From Patescibacteria group bacterium (GTDB lineage: Bacteria > Patescibacteriota > Minisyncoccia > UBA6257 > 2-01-FULL-56-20): a stretch of DNA of 64,000 nucleotides. The stretch lies in assembly GCA_018971305.1 (NCBI GenBank), contig JAGXBC010000002.1, positions 16,046 through 80,045 on the forward strand. The letters are read 5' to 3'. The position numbers and the translations under genes are program-made. Below, one piece after another: positions 1-9,166 of the stretch (the first letter of the stretch is position 1; the number at the start of each line of letters is the position of its first letter). The notes beneath the pieces are model-generated. The model worked only from the letters and a program-made list of their open reading frames with translations, was not told the DNA's origin and did no database searches.

Positions 1-476
1 GTCGAAGAATAATTCCGGATTATCCATTTTCTTGATCCGATTTTTTATGATCTGAGGATAGGTACAATTGGAATTTATTCCGGGAGTCAAAAAATCAGTG
101 ACCATTACCCCGTTCAGGCGCTTGGCGGGGAAGGTGAGCGGGACATAAAGGACCACGGAGTTCTTTTTCTGTTCAGATAATATTTCCCAAATTCGTTTCT
201 CGCGCACCTGGTTTGAAGTTATGTATCCGCCTTTGTGGCTATAGCCGAAAATGCCCAATTCACTAGGGTCTTTCCCGGAGAAAATAGAACTCCACGCCGC
301 TATGGAAATAGGCGGGATTGATGAACGTGTTTCCATGTAAACTCCTCTGCTCATCAGGCGGCTCATGGTGGGTAATTCTTTGCGCCACTTTTTAAATATT
401 AAATCGGGGGAGGCTCCGTCTATCCCGAAGAAGAAGACCCGTGGCCGCGGTTTTGATTTTTTTACCATCTTTCCCA
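1..476 (-). CDS. Alkaline-phosphatase-superfamily enzyme (type I phosphodiesterase / nucleotide pyrophosphatase-like), 5' part of gene; C-terminus lies outside the window
   Basis: Minus-strand translation from ATG at 476 gives MGKMVKKSKPRPRVFFFGIDGASPDLIFKKW...; the FGIDGASPDL metal-binding motif is typical of AlkP/ENPP-type phosphodiesterases. The reading frame stays open to the window edge. Confidence 0.55.
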
Positions 477-479
477 TAT

Positions 480-677
480 CTATAGATACCCCAGATTTTT
501 TAATTGTTCCATTATCTTGTCTTTATTAACTAAGGGGGAAACGTCGGTTTTGTTGGCAAGTATTTCTCTGAGTATAAAAATCACGAACGCCGAGGTGGAG
601 GGGAACCCCGTCTTTTTAATAAGTTTTTTAATTTTTTTATTTAATGGTTCCGGCAGAGAAACAGTAGTATATTTCAT
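480..677 (-). CDS. Ribbon-helix-helix (CopG/Arc-like) small DNA-binding protein
   Basis: 65-aa ORF with an N-terminal beta-strand (TVSLPEPL) followed by two helices, the RHH pattern; basic residues. Ends 4 nt upstream of the phosphodiesterase start. Confidence 0.45.
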   Translation of the reverse strand: MKYTTVSLPEPLNKKIKKLIKKTGFPSTSAFVIFILREILANKTDVSPLVNKDKIMEQLKNLGYL

Positions 678-767
678 AATTATATATAATTATAATATTC
701 TGGTGGCGATATTTGTCAAGCCCCGGCATTCCTTTATTTCCGCAGTTATTATTGCTATTATTTCTAT

Positions 768-911
768 ATGCCAAAGATAAAAAAGCAGGCCAAAAAGATT
801 GGTGCCCGTAGCACTTCTAAAAAACATACGACGGATAAGAGGCCTAAGCCGAAAAAAGACAGCGAGCGTGATAAGGTTATGGAGCAGCTCAGAGCTTTGG
901 GTTATTTATAA
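768..911 (+). CDS. Small lysine-rich protein (47 aa) of unknown function; its C-terminal tail is shared with the adjacent RHH protein
   Basis: Hand translation: MPKIKKQAKKIGARSTSKKHTTDKRPKPKKDSERDKVMEQLRALGYL*. The last 13 aa match the RHH ORF C-terminus (DKIMEQLKNLGYL) at 10 of 13 positions. Divergently oriented to the RHH gene. Confidence 0.35.
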   Translation: MPKIKKQAKKIGARSTSKKHTTDKRPKPKKDSERDKVMEQLRALGYL

Positions 912-934
912 ACTGCCCGGTTAAGATATGTTTA

Positions 935-2275
935 ATGCCCAAAAAGACAAAACCGAACATCATTTTAATAACTTTTGACGACTGTCGTGCCGACCGCATG
1001 GGTTTTTTGGGTTATAAAAAGAACATTACCCCGTTTTTGGATTCTATCGCGGCCAAGGGATTTTATTTTAAAAACGCCTTTGCCACGGGCGCCGGTTCGC
1101 CACAATCTTTCGTTGGTTCTATGACCTCAACCTATCCAAGTGACCACGGCGGCTTCAGTTACGTAGAGCCGCCGCGCGTTTTAATAAGCGAGGTTCTGCA
1201 GAAAGCCGGGTACAGAACCGTTGCGGTCCACTCCGCCGCCTATTTGTCCGATTATTTCGGTTACGACAGCGGCTGGGACGTGTTCAATTATCTTAGCCCC
1301 TTCAAGGACGGCGACGTCTCCGAGGGCTTAAAGAGCGACAGCCTGAAAGCCAGATTTTTGGGTAAGGTTGCCGGCGTCAAGAGATGGCTTAACTCCCATA
1401 TTCCTCCGCTTGCCTGGTTCTTGGGATTTTTGGAGAAAATCATTCTCGTCGTGCGCAAATTGGTAAAGAGCTCAAGAAATTTTACCCCGCCATTTATGGT
1501 AGCCGAAGAGATCAACGCCGAAGTTAAGAAGATCTTGAGGGAAAAGAGTGATAAACCACTGTTTCTCTGGGTTCACTATATGGAGGCTCACGAGCTGCCG
1601 TTTTTCTGGCGTAGCGGGCACGGACTAGTAAAAAAAATCAAATATCACCTTGCCGACACCTTTAGTTTTGTCTTGGGAGATTTTCCTAAAATCAATAAAC
1701 TTTTCAAGAATTTGTATCTGGAGCTCTACGACGTTTCCATCAAAAAAGTTGACGATGGGATAAAGGATTTGTTTTCCTACCTTCAGGCGCAAGGGATAGC
1801 GAATAATAAGAGCGTTTCCATATTCTTTTCCGATCATGGCGAAGAAATATTCGACCATGGTGATTTTGGCCACGAACAGAGGCCGTTCAACGTTAACCTG
1901 AATATTCCGCTAATTTTCTATTCACCGGAGAAAATTAAACCTTGCGCCGAGGACGTGCCGGTTAGTTTGATAGATATTCCTCCGACTATTGCCGCCCTGG
2001 CTGGAGCAAGGCCAGCTGGCGTCTGGAAGGGAAAGGACATTTTCACTGGCAACGGTAGGCCGGTTGTTTCCCAGCTTATCGATTGTGACGGCAACCTCAC
2101 CAATCCGCGGCCTTTAGGAGCCACTATAATATGGAATGGTTATAAGTTTATAAATTATAAAGGGGAGAAGTCTTTATTTTCTCTGGATGACCGTAAAGAA
2201 ATAAATAATCTCTATAGTTCGGCGCCGAAAATCGCGAGCGAGCTGGAGAAAAAACTTAAGCAGTTCATGCCTTAA
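935..2275 (+). CDS. Sulfatase-like hydrolase/transferase (alkaline phosphatase superfamily); lacks the FGly C/S-x-P-x-R motif, so it is probably a phospho-transferase/hydrolase rather than a true sulfatase
   Basis: 446 aa; N-terminal ITFDDCRADRMGF metal-binding motif and downstream SDHGE motif typical of the sulfatase/LTA-synthase/EptA-type fold; no TM segments seen. Confidence 0.65.
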   Translation: MPKKTKPNIILITFDDCRADRMGFLGYKKNITPFLDSIAAKGFYFKNAFATGAGSPQSFVGSMTSTYPSDHGGFSYVEPPRVLISEVLQKAGYRTVAVHSAAYLSDYFGYDSGWDVFNYLSPFKDGDVSEGLKSDSLKARFLGKVAGVKRWLNSHIPPLAWFLGFLEKIILVVRKLVKSSRNFTPPFMVAEEINAEVKKILREKSDKPLFLWVHYMEAHELPFFWRSGHGLVKKIKYHLADTFSFVLGDFPKINKLFKNLYLELYDVSIKKVDDGIKDLFSYLQAQGIANNKSVSIFFSDHGEEIFDHGDFGHEQRPFNVNLNIPLIFYSPEKIKPCAEDVPVSLIDIPPTIAALAGARPAGVWKGKDIFTGNGRPVVSQLIDCDGNLTNPRPLGATIIWNGYKFINYKGEKSLFSLDDRKEINNLYSSAPKIASELEKKLKQFMP

Positions 2276-2339
2276 TAAATGAATGGGTATTATTTGGCGC
2301 GATTGACCCCGCGCCTTTTTGAAATTAAGATGATTCAGT

Positions 2340-3623
2340 ATGTCGGACGAAGCTAAAAAAATAAATAAGTGCCGTTCCTGTGGATTTGCCAAGTTGGATG
2401 ACATTCTGTCGCTCGGCAACCTTTATGTCTCGGCATTCGTGGACGAGGAGGAACAGAAGGGCATGAAAAAGTACCCGTTGGATTTAGTTTTGTGCAATGA
2501 AACTTCCGGCGGCTGTGGACTTCTGCAATTGCGACACACGGTTCCTTCGGAAGTTATGTACAGGAACTATTGGTATCGTTCCGGAACAAATCAGACGATG
2601 ACCGACGCTCTCTACGATATTGTCTCAGCCGCGAAAGCTGTTGCCCAACTCGGAAAAGGAGATTTTGTGATAGATATAGGCGCGAACGACGGCACGCTTC
2701 TCTCCGCCTATGCCGACTCCGGCGTTACGCGAGTCGGTTTTGAACCGGCTCGGAATATCGCCCCGGTTGCCAAAAACAACGCCGAGCATATCATCAACGA
2801 CTTTTTCAATTTTGAGGCCTGGGTGAAAGAATTCCCCGGCAAGAAAGCGAAAATTATCACGGCCATCGCTATGTTCTACGACCTGGACGATCCGAATAAA
2901 TTCGTTGCCGATGCCGCGAAATGCCTGGACGATGATGGCGTTTTTATTATTCAGATGAGCTATCTGCCCCTGATGCTTTCGCAGAAAGATTTTATGAATA
3001 TTTGTCACGAGCATTTGGAATACTATTCCCTGCTTTCTTTGGAGAACTTGCTTAAACGGCACAACTTGGAAGTTTTTGATGTGGAGACGAACGACGTGAA
3101 CGGAGGCAGTTTCCGGGTTTTTATCAAACACAAAAATTCCGGAAAAAATATAAAAATTAAGCCGCGAGCGGACGAGTGTGTGGAAAAAATGAGGGCCGAC
3201 GAACGCGCTCTCGGCCTGAACGGCAGAAAACCCTACGAGGATTTTGTCCGCCGGGTAGAGGACCTGAAAAGGCGCACGGTGGAGTTCATAAAAAGCGAAA
3301 CCGCCAAGGGCAAGAAAGTTTACGTTTATGGCGCCTCAACTAAAGGCAACACGCTTTTGCAGTATTACGGCCTTAGTACGAAGGAAATTCCTTTCGCTAT
3401 CGAGCGCAGCCAGTACAAGTGGGGCAAAAAAACCGTTGGCAGTTTGGTGCCGATAATTTCCGAGGAGCAGGCGCGCGCCGAGAAGCCGGACTATTTCTTA
3501 ATTCTGCCCTGGCACTTTATAAAGGAATTTTTGGAGCGCGAAAAAAAATTTCTGGAAGGCGGCGGGAAATTTATTGTACCTCTGCCGGAGTTCAAGATTT
3601 TAGGAGCTGAAGATATAAAATAA
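2340..3623 (+). CDS. NDP-hexose C-methyltransferase family (TylCIII/EvaC-like) with an N-terminal zinc-ribbon
   Basis: 427 aa; N-terminal CRSCGF...(x)...CNETSGGCGLLQL four-Cys zinc-binding module followed by a class I SAM-methyltransferase fold (VIDIGANDGTLL). This architecture is characteristic of sugar C-methyltransferases. Confidence 0.65.
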   Translation: MSDEAKKINKCRSCGFAKLDDILSLGNLYVSAFVDEEEQKGMKKYPLDLVLCNETSGGCGLLQLRHTVPSEVMYRNYWYRSGTNQTMTDALYDIVSAAKAVAQLGKGDFVIDIGANDGTLLSAYADSGVTRVGFEPARNIAPVAKNNAEHIINDFFNFEAWVKEFPGKKAKIITAIAMFYDLDDPNKFVADAAKCLDDDGVFIIQMSYLPLMLSQKDFMNICHEHLEYYSLLSLENLLKRHNLEVFDVETNDVNGGSFRVFIKHKNSGKNIKIKPRADECVEKMRADERALGLNGRKPYEDFVRRVEDLKRRTVEFIKSETAKGKKVYVYGASTKGNTLLQYYGLSTKEIPFAIERSQYKWGKKTVGSLVPIISEEQARAEKPDYFLILPWHFIKEFLEREKKFLEGGGKFIVPLPEFKILGAEDIK

Positions 3624-3672
3624 AGACCCTGGCTGAACTGTGCTAAATTGATTTTTTGGTTTAGTATTATAG

Positions 3673-4695
3673 TTGTTTATGCGCATCCACTACACAACAA
3701 CAGTTTGGCACGCAGGGTTTTACAGGTATTTTATAAATGCCCTGACTTCTTTGGGTCATGAAGTCCGTTTTTTTGACGAATCCGGGACGAAAGCCCAAAT
3801 AACTTTGAAATATATAACAACCCGATTGCCGGGTTATTTGTATAAAGGGGAAAACATATTCCGGGCATCCATCGGCCGCGATTGGTTAAAATCCATCAAG
3901 GAATTTAAACCGGACCTGATAATCATCCAGCATTCCCCGAATCTTATTCCCGACGCAGTCCGCGAGGCGAAAAATATGGGCTACAAAATATTCTATTGGG
4001 AAGACGCCCAGCCGGCCAATGCCCAGGGCAAAGATGTTTTGGCGTCTCTTGAGTATGTAGATAAGCTTTTTTCCGTGGACAGGGAATGGATGACGATACT
4101 TTATAACCAATCCGACTTTATCCATCTGCCGCTTGCCGGCGAGCCGTCTGTTTTTAAGCCGTTGCCGGGGGTTGAAAAAGAATACGATGTCGTTTTTGTC
4201 GGCAGTTTCGCCCCGATGGACGGAGATGGTTATTTAAGGGCCAAATTGGTTTCCAATGTTCCGGATAAATTTAAGGTTAAAGTTTTTGGTAATGGCTTGG
4301 ACTATTGGGTTAAATATCTCCCCAATTTGCGAAACCGTTCCGGCGGAGACGTCATTTTGAACGAAAATGTTTTGAATGAGATATACAACAAATCCCGTAT
4401 TGTCTTGAACATCCACGCCGTCGGCCACGAATCGTCGCTTTCCGCGAGAACTTATGAGATAGGCCTTTCCGGGGCGTTTCAGCTTGTTGATTGGCGCGGG
4501 GACGCGGATATAGTTTTCCCGCCGGGAATGCTTGTCACCTTTAAACACGCGAGCGACATTAACGGTCTTATAGAAAAATGGCTGGCAGATCCGGATGGGG
4601 CTTCCAGAAAGGCCGAAGAGATAAGGCAATATATCTTGGTTAACCATACTTGGCGGCACAGAGCGGAAAAAATGCTTAGTTATTATAAAAAATAA
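3673..4695 (+). CDS. CgeB-family glycosyltransferase-like protein (Glyco_trans_1_2-type C-terminal domain)
   Basis: 340 aa; C-terminal region RTYEIGLSGAFQLVD...IRQYILVNHTWRHRAEKML matches the R-x-[FY]-E-I-x-A-x-G motif of CgeB-like GTs; paralogue of the ORF at 31504. Confidence 0.5.
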   Translation: MFMRIHYTTTVWHAGFYRYFINALTSLGHEVRFFDESGTKAQITLKYITTRLPGYLYKGENIFRASIGRDWLKSIKEFKPDLIIIQHSPNLIPDAVREAKNMGYKIFYWEDAQPANAQGKDVLASLEYVDKLFSVDREWMTILYNQSDFIHLPLAGEPSVFKPLPGVEKEYDVVFVGSFAPMDGDGYLRAKLVSNVPDKFKVKVFGNGLDYWVKYLPNLRNRSGGDVILNENVLNEIYNKSRIVLNIHAVGHESSLSARTYEIGLSGAFQLVDWRGDADIVFPPGMLVTFKHASDINGLIEKWLADPDGASRKAEEIRQYILVNHTWRHRAEKMLSYYKK

Positions 4696-4723
4696 AGAAG
4701 ATAAGGGTTAAGAAATATCGCAT

Positions 4724-5578
4724 ATGATCAATCACGCCTTTTTATTCCTGAACGACTTGAAGAATATTTTTAAAAAAGGCCGCAGCTCCAAGATGTCCTT
4801 TCGCCTTCTTTTTACGCATGTGCGGATAAAGTTCAAACAGAAATTTTATGAGTTTTTCTCCATCAAGAAAACTCACGAAAATTTTTTAGGGTTTACGGTT
4901 TTTTTTACCGATTACGGCTGGTTTGCCAATATGTGGCGGGCGATTTTCTTGTCGGAAACTTATTATTTTAAGACGGATAATGCCGCGCCGCTTATTTTGG
5001 ACATCGGAAGTAATATCGGTATGAGTGTTTGTTATTTCAAAATGTTGTATCCTAAGTCAAAAATTTTGGCCTTTGAGCCTGAACCGGCGTCATTTACTCT
5101 ATTAAAGAAGAATATAGAAGCTAATCATTTTGAGAACGTAACTTTAAACCAGGCGGCAATTTCTGCGGATAAAGACGCTGTGGATTTTTATCAAGACACA
5201 GTAGGTGAGGCGAGCGCCGTCGGTAGTACCTTGAAGAACTTTTTGCCGCCAGAGAGAACCAAGGCGATAAAGGTTAAAGCCGTGCGACTTTCACAGTTAA
5301 TTAAAGAAAAAGTTGACCTTCTAAAGATTTGCGCAGAAGGTGTGGAGCACGAAATTTTAAAAGAAGCCGAGAGCGGACTCGGAAATGTTCAAAGAATATT
5401 TATTCTGGTGCATCAGCGTGACGGGAATAAAAACGAGAACATTTCCGGCCTGCTCGGCGTATTGGAAAGAAGCGGTTTTAGATATGCGGTCACGGAGACC
5501 ACCGTTTCTCACGATGGCTTTATAGACAGGCCGTTCCGGGCGTACGCGTTTATCGTAGACTCAGAAAGGATTAATTGA
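4724..5578 (+). CDS. FkbM-family SAM-dependent methyltransferase (likely sugar O-methyltransferase)
   Basis: 284 aa; ILDIGSNIGMSVCYF...ILAFEPEPASFTLLKKNIEAN matches the Methyltransf_21 (FkbM) core. Start codon uncertain. Confidence 0.65.
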   Translation: MINHAFLFLNDLKNIFKKGRSSKMSFRLLFTHVRIKFKQKFYEFFSIKKTHENFLGFTVFFTDYGWFANMWRAIFLSETYYFKTDNAAPLILDIGSNIGMSVCYFKMLYPKSKILAFEPEPASFTLLKKNIEANHFENVTLNQAAISADKDAVDFYQDTVGEASAVGSTLKNFLPPERTKAIKVKAVRLSQLIKEKVDLLKICAEGVEHEILKEAESGLGNVQRIFILVHQRDGNKNENISGLLGVLERSGFRYAVTETTVSHDGFIDRPFRAYAFIVDSERIN

Positions 5579-5641
5579 GTTTATTCTTTTTGTTCGAATC
5601 CCGCCCAGCGCACATATTTAAGTAATGATATCATTGAATAT

Positions 5642-6247
5642 ATGGAACAACACTCAACGGGTTCACTTGAAAGCGTACATCCTCAAAAAAATATTTCAGA
5701 AAAAGATCTTGAAGTAAACACCCCGCAAGAGCTATTACAACTGAACATCAGAATGTTCGATGCGTCGAAAAAATGCAGCGAACAGGCGGAAAATGAGGTT
5801 GTAGCTGCCCTGCAAAACGAAGGAATATCGGCCAAGCCGTCGGCTAATCCGTTGGAGCGCAGTTTTTATTGGGAGCTAAATTTCCCGCAAGAGTTCACTC
5901 AAGAGCAGTTGGAACAGTTGATAGGAAAATTCGGAATTACCAGTAGTTACGATTTTCAAAGTGCAACGACTATGGCGGGAAGGAAAGAGCAAACAGAGGC
6001 GCCATCGCCAAAGGCAATTCTTGAATGCCTCATGCCTTACATTACCAGTCGCTTGGGACATAAAAAGCTTGAAGAAGCTTATCCTGGATTGTTCGAGGCG
6101 GCAAGAATGAATCGTGAAAAGGTGTTAAAAAGTAGAGAAGACGTTGTACAATGGAATCGCATCACCAAACAATTCTTTATTGAGCATCCAGAATATAAAG
6201 GGTTTTCGCTGACTAAATACGCGTGGGATGGAGAATCAATCGATTGA
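5642..6247 (+). CDS. Hypothetical acidic soluble protein, no recognisable domain
   Basis: 201-aa ORF; coding-like composition; no TM segments and no motif recognised. Confidence 0.4.
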   Translation: MEQHSTGSLESVHPQKNISEKDLEVNTPQELLQLNIRMFDASKKCSEQAENEVVAALQNEGISAKPSANPLERSFYWELNFPQEFTQEQLEQLIGKFGITSSYDFQSATTMAGRKEQTEAPSPKAILECLMPYITSRLGHKKLEEAYPGLFEAARMNREKVLKSREDVVQWNRITKQFFIEHPEYKGFSLTKYAWDGESID

Positions 6248-6327
6248 TTCTATCATTGCACTACTGGTATAGTTCGAACATCATCCAATCCCATGCGCCA
6301 ATTATAAAGACTTTTTGCGGCGGCGCG

Positions 6328-6588
6328 CTACTTGAACTTAACCTTAAGCCATATCTGTATGGTTCCTACAATAAGCCCTATTCCGTTCGCAAGGGCAAGC
6401 GGCGCGGCACCAATCAGCAGGCCATAGATCAACCATAACAGGCAGCCGAAAACATAAAGCCCGATCATGCCGGACGACACGTCTTTCATTTGCTTAGTTC
6501 TCCAGGCCTTGACCACCTGCGGCACCATAAGGCAGGTACCGGCAACGGTTGCCGTATAGCCGATAAGGTTTGTTATTAGGGTCTGCAT
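6328..6588 (-). CDS. SemiSWEET / PQ-loop (MtN3-like) small sugar transporter
   Basis: 86 aa with three hydrophobic helices and the LMVPQVVKAWRTK PQ-loop motif in helix 1; size and motif fit bacterial SemiSWEET. Confidence 0.6.
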   Translation of the reverse strand: MQTLITNLIGYTATVAGTCLMVPQVVKAWRTKQMKDVSSGMIGLYVFGCLLWLIYGLLIGAAPLALANGIGLIVGTIQIWLKVKFK

Positions 6589-6623
6589 TTATATAAGAGT
6601 AGTTTTTGATATTGATTCCGCTT

Positions 6624-7604
6624 CTATCGTGAGATGAGGTGTTTTATTTTCGCATCGTCTTTGGCGAAAAGGATGTCCCGGAAGATTATATCCGTTTTCT
6701 GCTCGAACGGCTTGAGGCGATTGTTTTCCAGGTAGTAGGCGTCGTAACCGAGGTTTTTCATTGTCGCGAATATGCCGTCTGACCTGTTCTTATTTTCGTT
6801 AACTTCTACGTAAAGCAGGGGAGGATGTTCTCCGGATAGGGTTTTGCGGGCTCCTTTTATTACTTCCAACTCCGCGCCTTCCACATCGCACTTTATAAAA
6901 TCAATATGCTTCGGAGCGTTTGCTGATGTCGCAAGGAATTCATCAAGCGTTGTCTTATAGACCTCGGTTGCTTCCAGGTCAACGAAATCTTTTTTAATGG
7001 TTGATGGATTTAACGTCGCGAATGCCGAGCCGAGCTTTCTGGGAATATATATTTTTGTTTTTCCCTTCTCGCCTCCGACGGCCGAGTTTATGCTTATAAC
7101 TCTTGGCGGAGAATCCAGGCCGTTAAGGCGGACGTTTTCCGTTAGGTTCCGGTAGGCCTCCGGCGTTGGTTCAAAGGCGAACACCAATCCATTTGGAGCG
7201 TTGAGGCGCGCGAAATCCATTGTGTACCAGCCGAAATTGGCGCCGATATCCATAACTGTGTCCCCGGACTTGATGAGCTTGGAGAAAAGTTCCGAGTCCT
7301 CATCGTAGTTATGGCTTCCTGACCTGATTATGGAGCCGAGCAGGTCTTCCGGGTTATCGTAGTCGCTGTAGCGGAATTTTCCGTGGGGAAATTGGTAAAT
7401 GGAACCTGAGTTCCTGTCTATCGTTATGGATACGATGTTGTCGTTATGTCGCAGTATCGAACGGGCCGCCGACATCTTTTTTTCTAACTTCTTATCGGAA
7501 GCCACGACCATTTTTTTATATAGCGCCCTGCCTATTCTGTATATTATCCCGCTGCGGGGAAAGCGCAGGCGGCGGATGATAAATTCCTTGATCTTATATA
7601 TCAT
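6624..7604 (-). CDS. FkbM-family SAM-dependent methyltransferase
   Basis: 326 aa; DIGANFGWYTMDFA...VFAFEPTPEAYRNLTEN...DFIKCDVEGAELEV, the Methyltransf_21 signature. Confidence 0.7.
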   Translation of the reverse strand: MIYKIKEFIIRRLRFPRSGIIYRIGRALYKKMVVASDKKLEKKMSAARSILRHNDNIVSITIDRNSGSIYQFPHGKFRYSDYDNPEDLLGSIIRSGSHNYDEDSELFSKLIKSGDTVMDIGANFGWYTMDFARLNAPNGLVFAFEPTPEAYRNLTENVRLNGLDSPPRVISINSAVGGEKGKTKIYIPRKLGSAFATLNPSTIKKDFVDLEATEVYKTTLDEFLATSANAPKHIDFIKCDVEGAELEVIKGARKTLSGEHPPLLYVEVNENKNRSDGIFATMKNLGYDAYYLENNRLKPFEQKTDIIFRDILFAKDDAKIKHLISR

Positions 7605-7625
7605 GATTTTCTCTTGAGCGGAGCC

Positions 7626-8714
7626 TTATTGCCCGGAATAGAATTTTTTAACTTTTTCTATAACGTAGTTTTGGTCTTTTTCCGATAATGTGGATGCCGA
7701 AGGCAAAGAAATTCCGTGTTCGGCGAGATATTCTGCGTTGGGGAAGTTCCCCGACTGTTTGTAGGGTGGCAGGTCGTGCATCGGTACAAATACGCGCTTG
7801 GCATCGATATTTTCTTTCGCCAGATATTCCACAAGCTCGTCGCGCCGGTCGGCGAGCACCGTGCAAAGCCAGGTAGAAATTTCTGTTTGCGGCGGAACGG
7901 CCATAAATTCTAAACCTTTTATATTACTGAGGCCCGCAGCGTAACGCGCTGCGATGGCATTGCGCTTGCCGATTAGCTCTTTGAGCCGTTCAAGCTGAGC
8001 TAGGCCCAATGCGGCTTCGAGCGCTGACATCCGCAGATTCCAGGCCGCAAGCTCGTGGATGTAGGGCTGTTTGGGGTTTATGTCGTATTCGCGCAGGCGT
8101 TTTGCCATTGCCGCGAGTGCGTCGTCGTTCGTTATTATCATTCCGCCTTCGCCCGTTGTCATTATTTTGGAAGCATAAAAAGAAAAACAGCCGGCTTTTC
8201 CGAATGTGCCGCAGAATTTTCCGCGATATGTGGCTCCGTGCGCTTCGGCGGTATCTTCTATTACCGGTAGATTATGTTTTTCGGCGACGCGCATTATAGG
8301 CTCCATATCGCAGGGAATGCCAAAAAGATGGGCAACGATTATCGCTTTTGTTTTGGAAGTTATTTTCTTTTCTATTTCTCCCGCGTCTATTCCGGGATTG
8401 AGCTTGCCGCAGTCGGCGAACACAGGAGTCGCGCCGTTGTGGCTTACAGATTCCGGCGTGGCGACCATAGTGAATGTCGGAACTATGACTTCATCCCCTG
8501 GGCCGATGCCCAAAGCTTTTACCACAAGAAAGAGGGCGGAGAGGCCGGAATTAGTGGCGATGGCATATTTGGCGCCAAAAAATTTGGCAAACGCATTTTC
8601 GAAATTTCTCACCGGCGGGGCGCTGGAAGAAACCATATTGTTTCTAACGGCTTCGGTGACATATTTTATTTCCAGTTCGCCGATGTCCGGTTCGCAGAGG
8701 GGGATTTTATTCAT
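7626..8714 (-). CDS. DegT/DnrJ/EryC1/StrS-family PLP-dependent sugar aminotransferase
   Basis: 362 aa; conserved FSFYASKIMTTGEGG lysine motif and overall fold-type I sugar aminotransferase pattern. Confidence 0.85.
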   Translation of the reverse strand: MNKIPLCEPDIGELEIKYVTEAVRNNMVSSSAPPVRNFENAFAKFFGAKYAIATNSGLSALFLVVKALGIGPGDEVIVPTFTMVATPESVSHNGATPVFADCGKLNPGIDAGEIEKKITSKTKAIIVAHLFGIPCDMEPIMRVAEKHNLPVIEDTAEAHGATYRGKFCGTFGKAGCFSFYASKIMTTGEGGMIITNDDALAAMAKRLREYDINPKQPYIHELAAWNLRMSALEAALGLAQLERLKELIGKRNAIAARYAAGLSNIKGLEFMAVPPQTEISTWLCTVLADRRDELVEYLAKENIDAKRVFVPMHDLPPYKQSGNFPNAEYLAEHGISLPSASTLSEKDQNYVIEKVKKFYSGQ

Positions 8715-8767
8715 TGTTTTAATTTAGCATCTTTACCGGATTTCTTAAAGGCGATATTATAGACGTT

Positions 8768-9157
8768 ATGGTTAAGGTTATTAAGCTAAAGCCGGTTTTT
8801 GAAGACGTGCGCGGCAAGATCACCGACATTCTTACGGATGGCGAATACGTGCGCCACACTGGGCTTATTACGTCCAAGGCTGGCGTTAAGCGCGGCAATC
8901 ATTATCATGAGCGCTCTATGGAGTATTTATACATTTTGCGCGGCAAGCTGCGCTGGATATCCAAGGACTTGAGCAAAAAAGATTCGCCGGTTGAGGATAC
9001 TATTTTGGAAGAAGGCGACTTACTGATAAATCCGCCGAAGACAGCGCACGCCTTGGTTATGATAACCGACACCGAAATTTTGGAGATGAGCACTCTACCG
9101 CGCACGGGGAAGGAGTATGAGAAAGACACTAAGCCCTATAAATTAATTGATAAATAG
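8768..9157 (+). CDS. WxcM/FdtA-like small cupin (putative NDP-4-keto-6-deoxyhexose 3,4-ketoisomerase)
   Basis: 129 aa; His-rich motif GNHYHERSMEYLYILRGKL consistent with the FdtA/QdtA cupin family; adjacent to the DegT aminotransferase, as in Fuc3N/Qui3N pathways. Confidence 0.5.
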   Translation: MVKVIKLKPVFEDVRGKITDILTDGEYVRHTGLITSKAGVKRGNHYHERSMEYLYILRGKLRWISKDLSKKDSPVEDTILEEGDLLINPPKTAHALVMITDTEILEMSTLPRTGKEYEKDTKPYKLIDK

Positions 9158-9166
9158 GTCCCTGCG

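Noticed and set aside
935-2275. Calling the 446-aa protein an arylsulfatase
   Set aside because: The formylglycine motif C/S-x-P-x-R is absent (the sequence reads GAGSPQSF), so only the broader alkaline-phosphatase-superfamily call is supported.
7648-8762. Several 60–170-aa ORFs (for example 8009..8299, 8206..8727, 8274..8762) antisense to or overlapping the DegT aminotransferase gene
   Set aside because: They are Arg/Cys-rich, low-complexity translations on the opposite strand of a strongly supported conserved gene; typical shadow ORFs.
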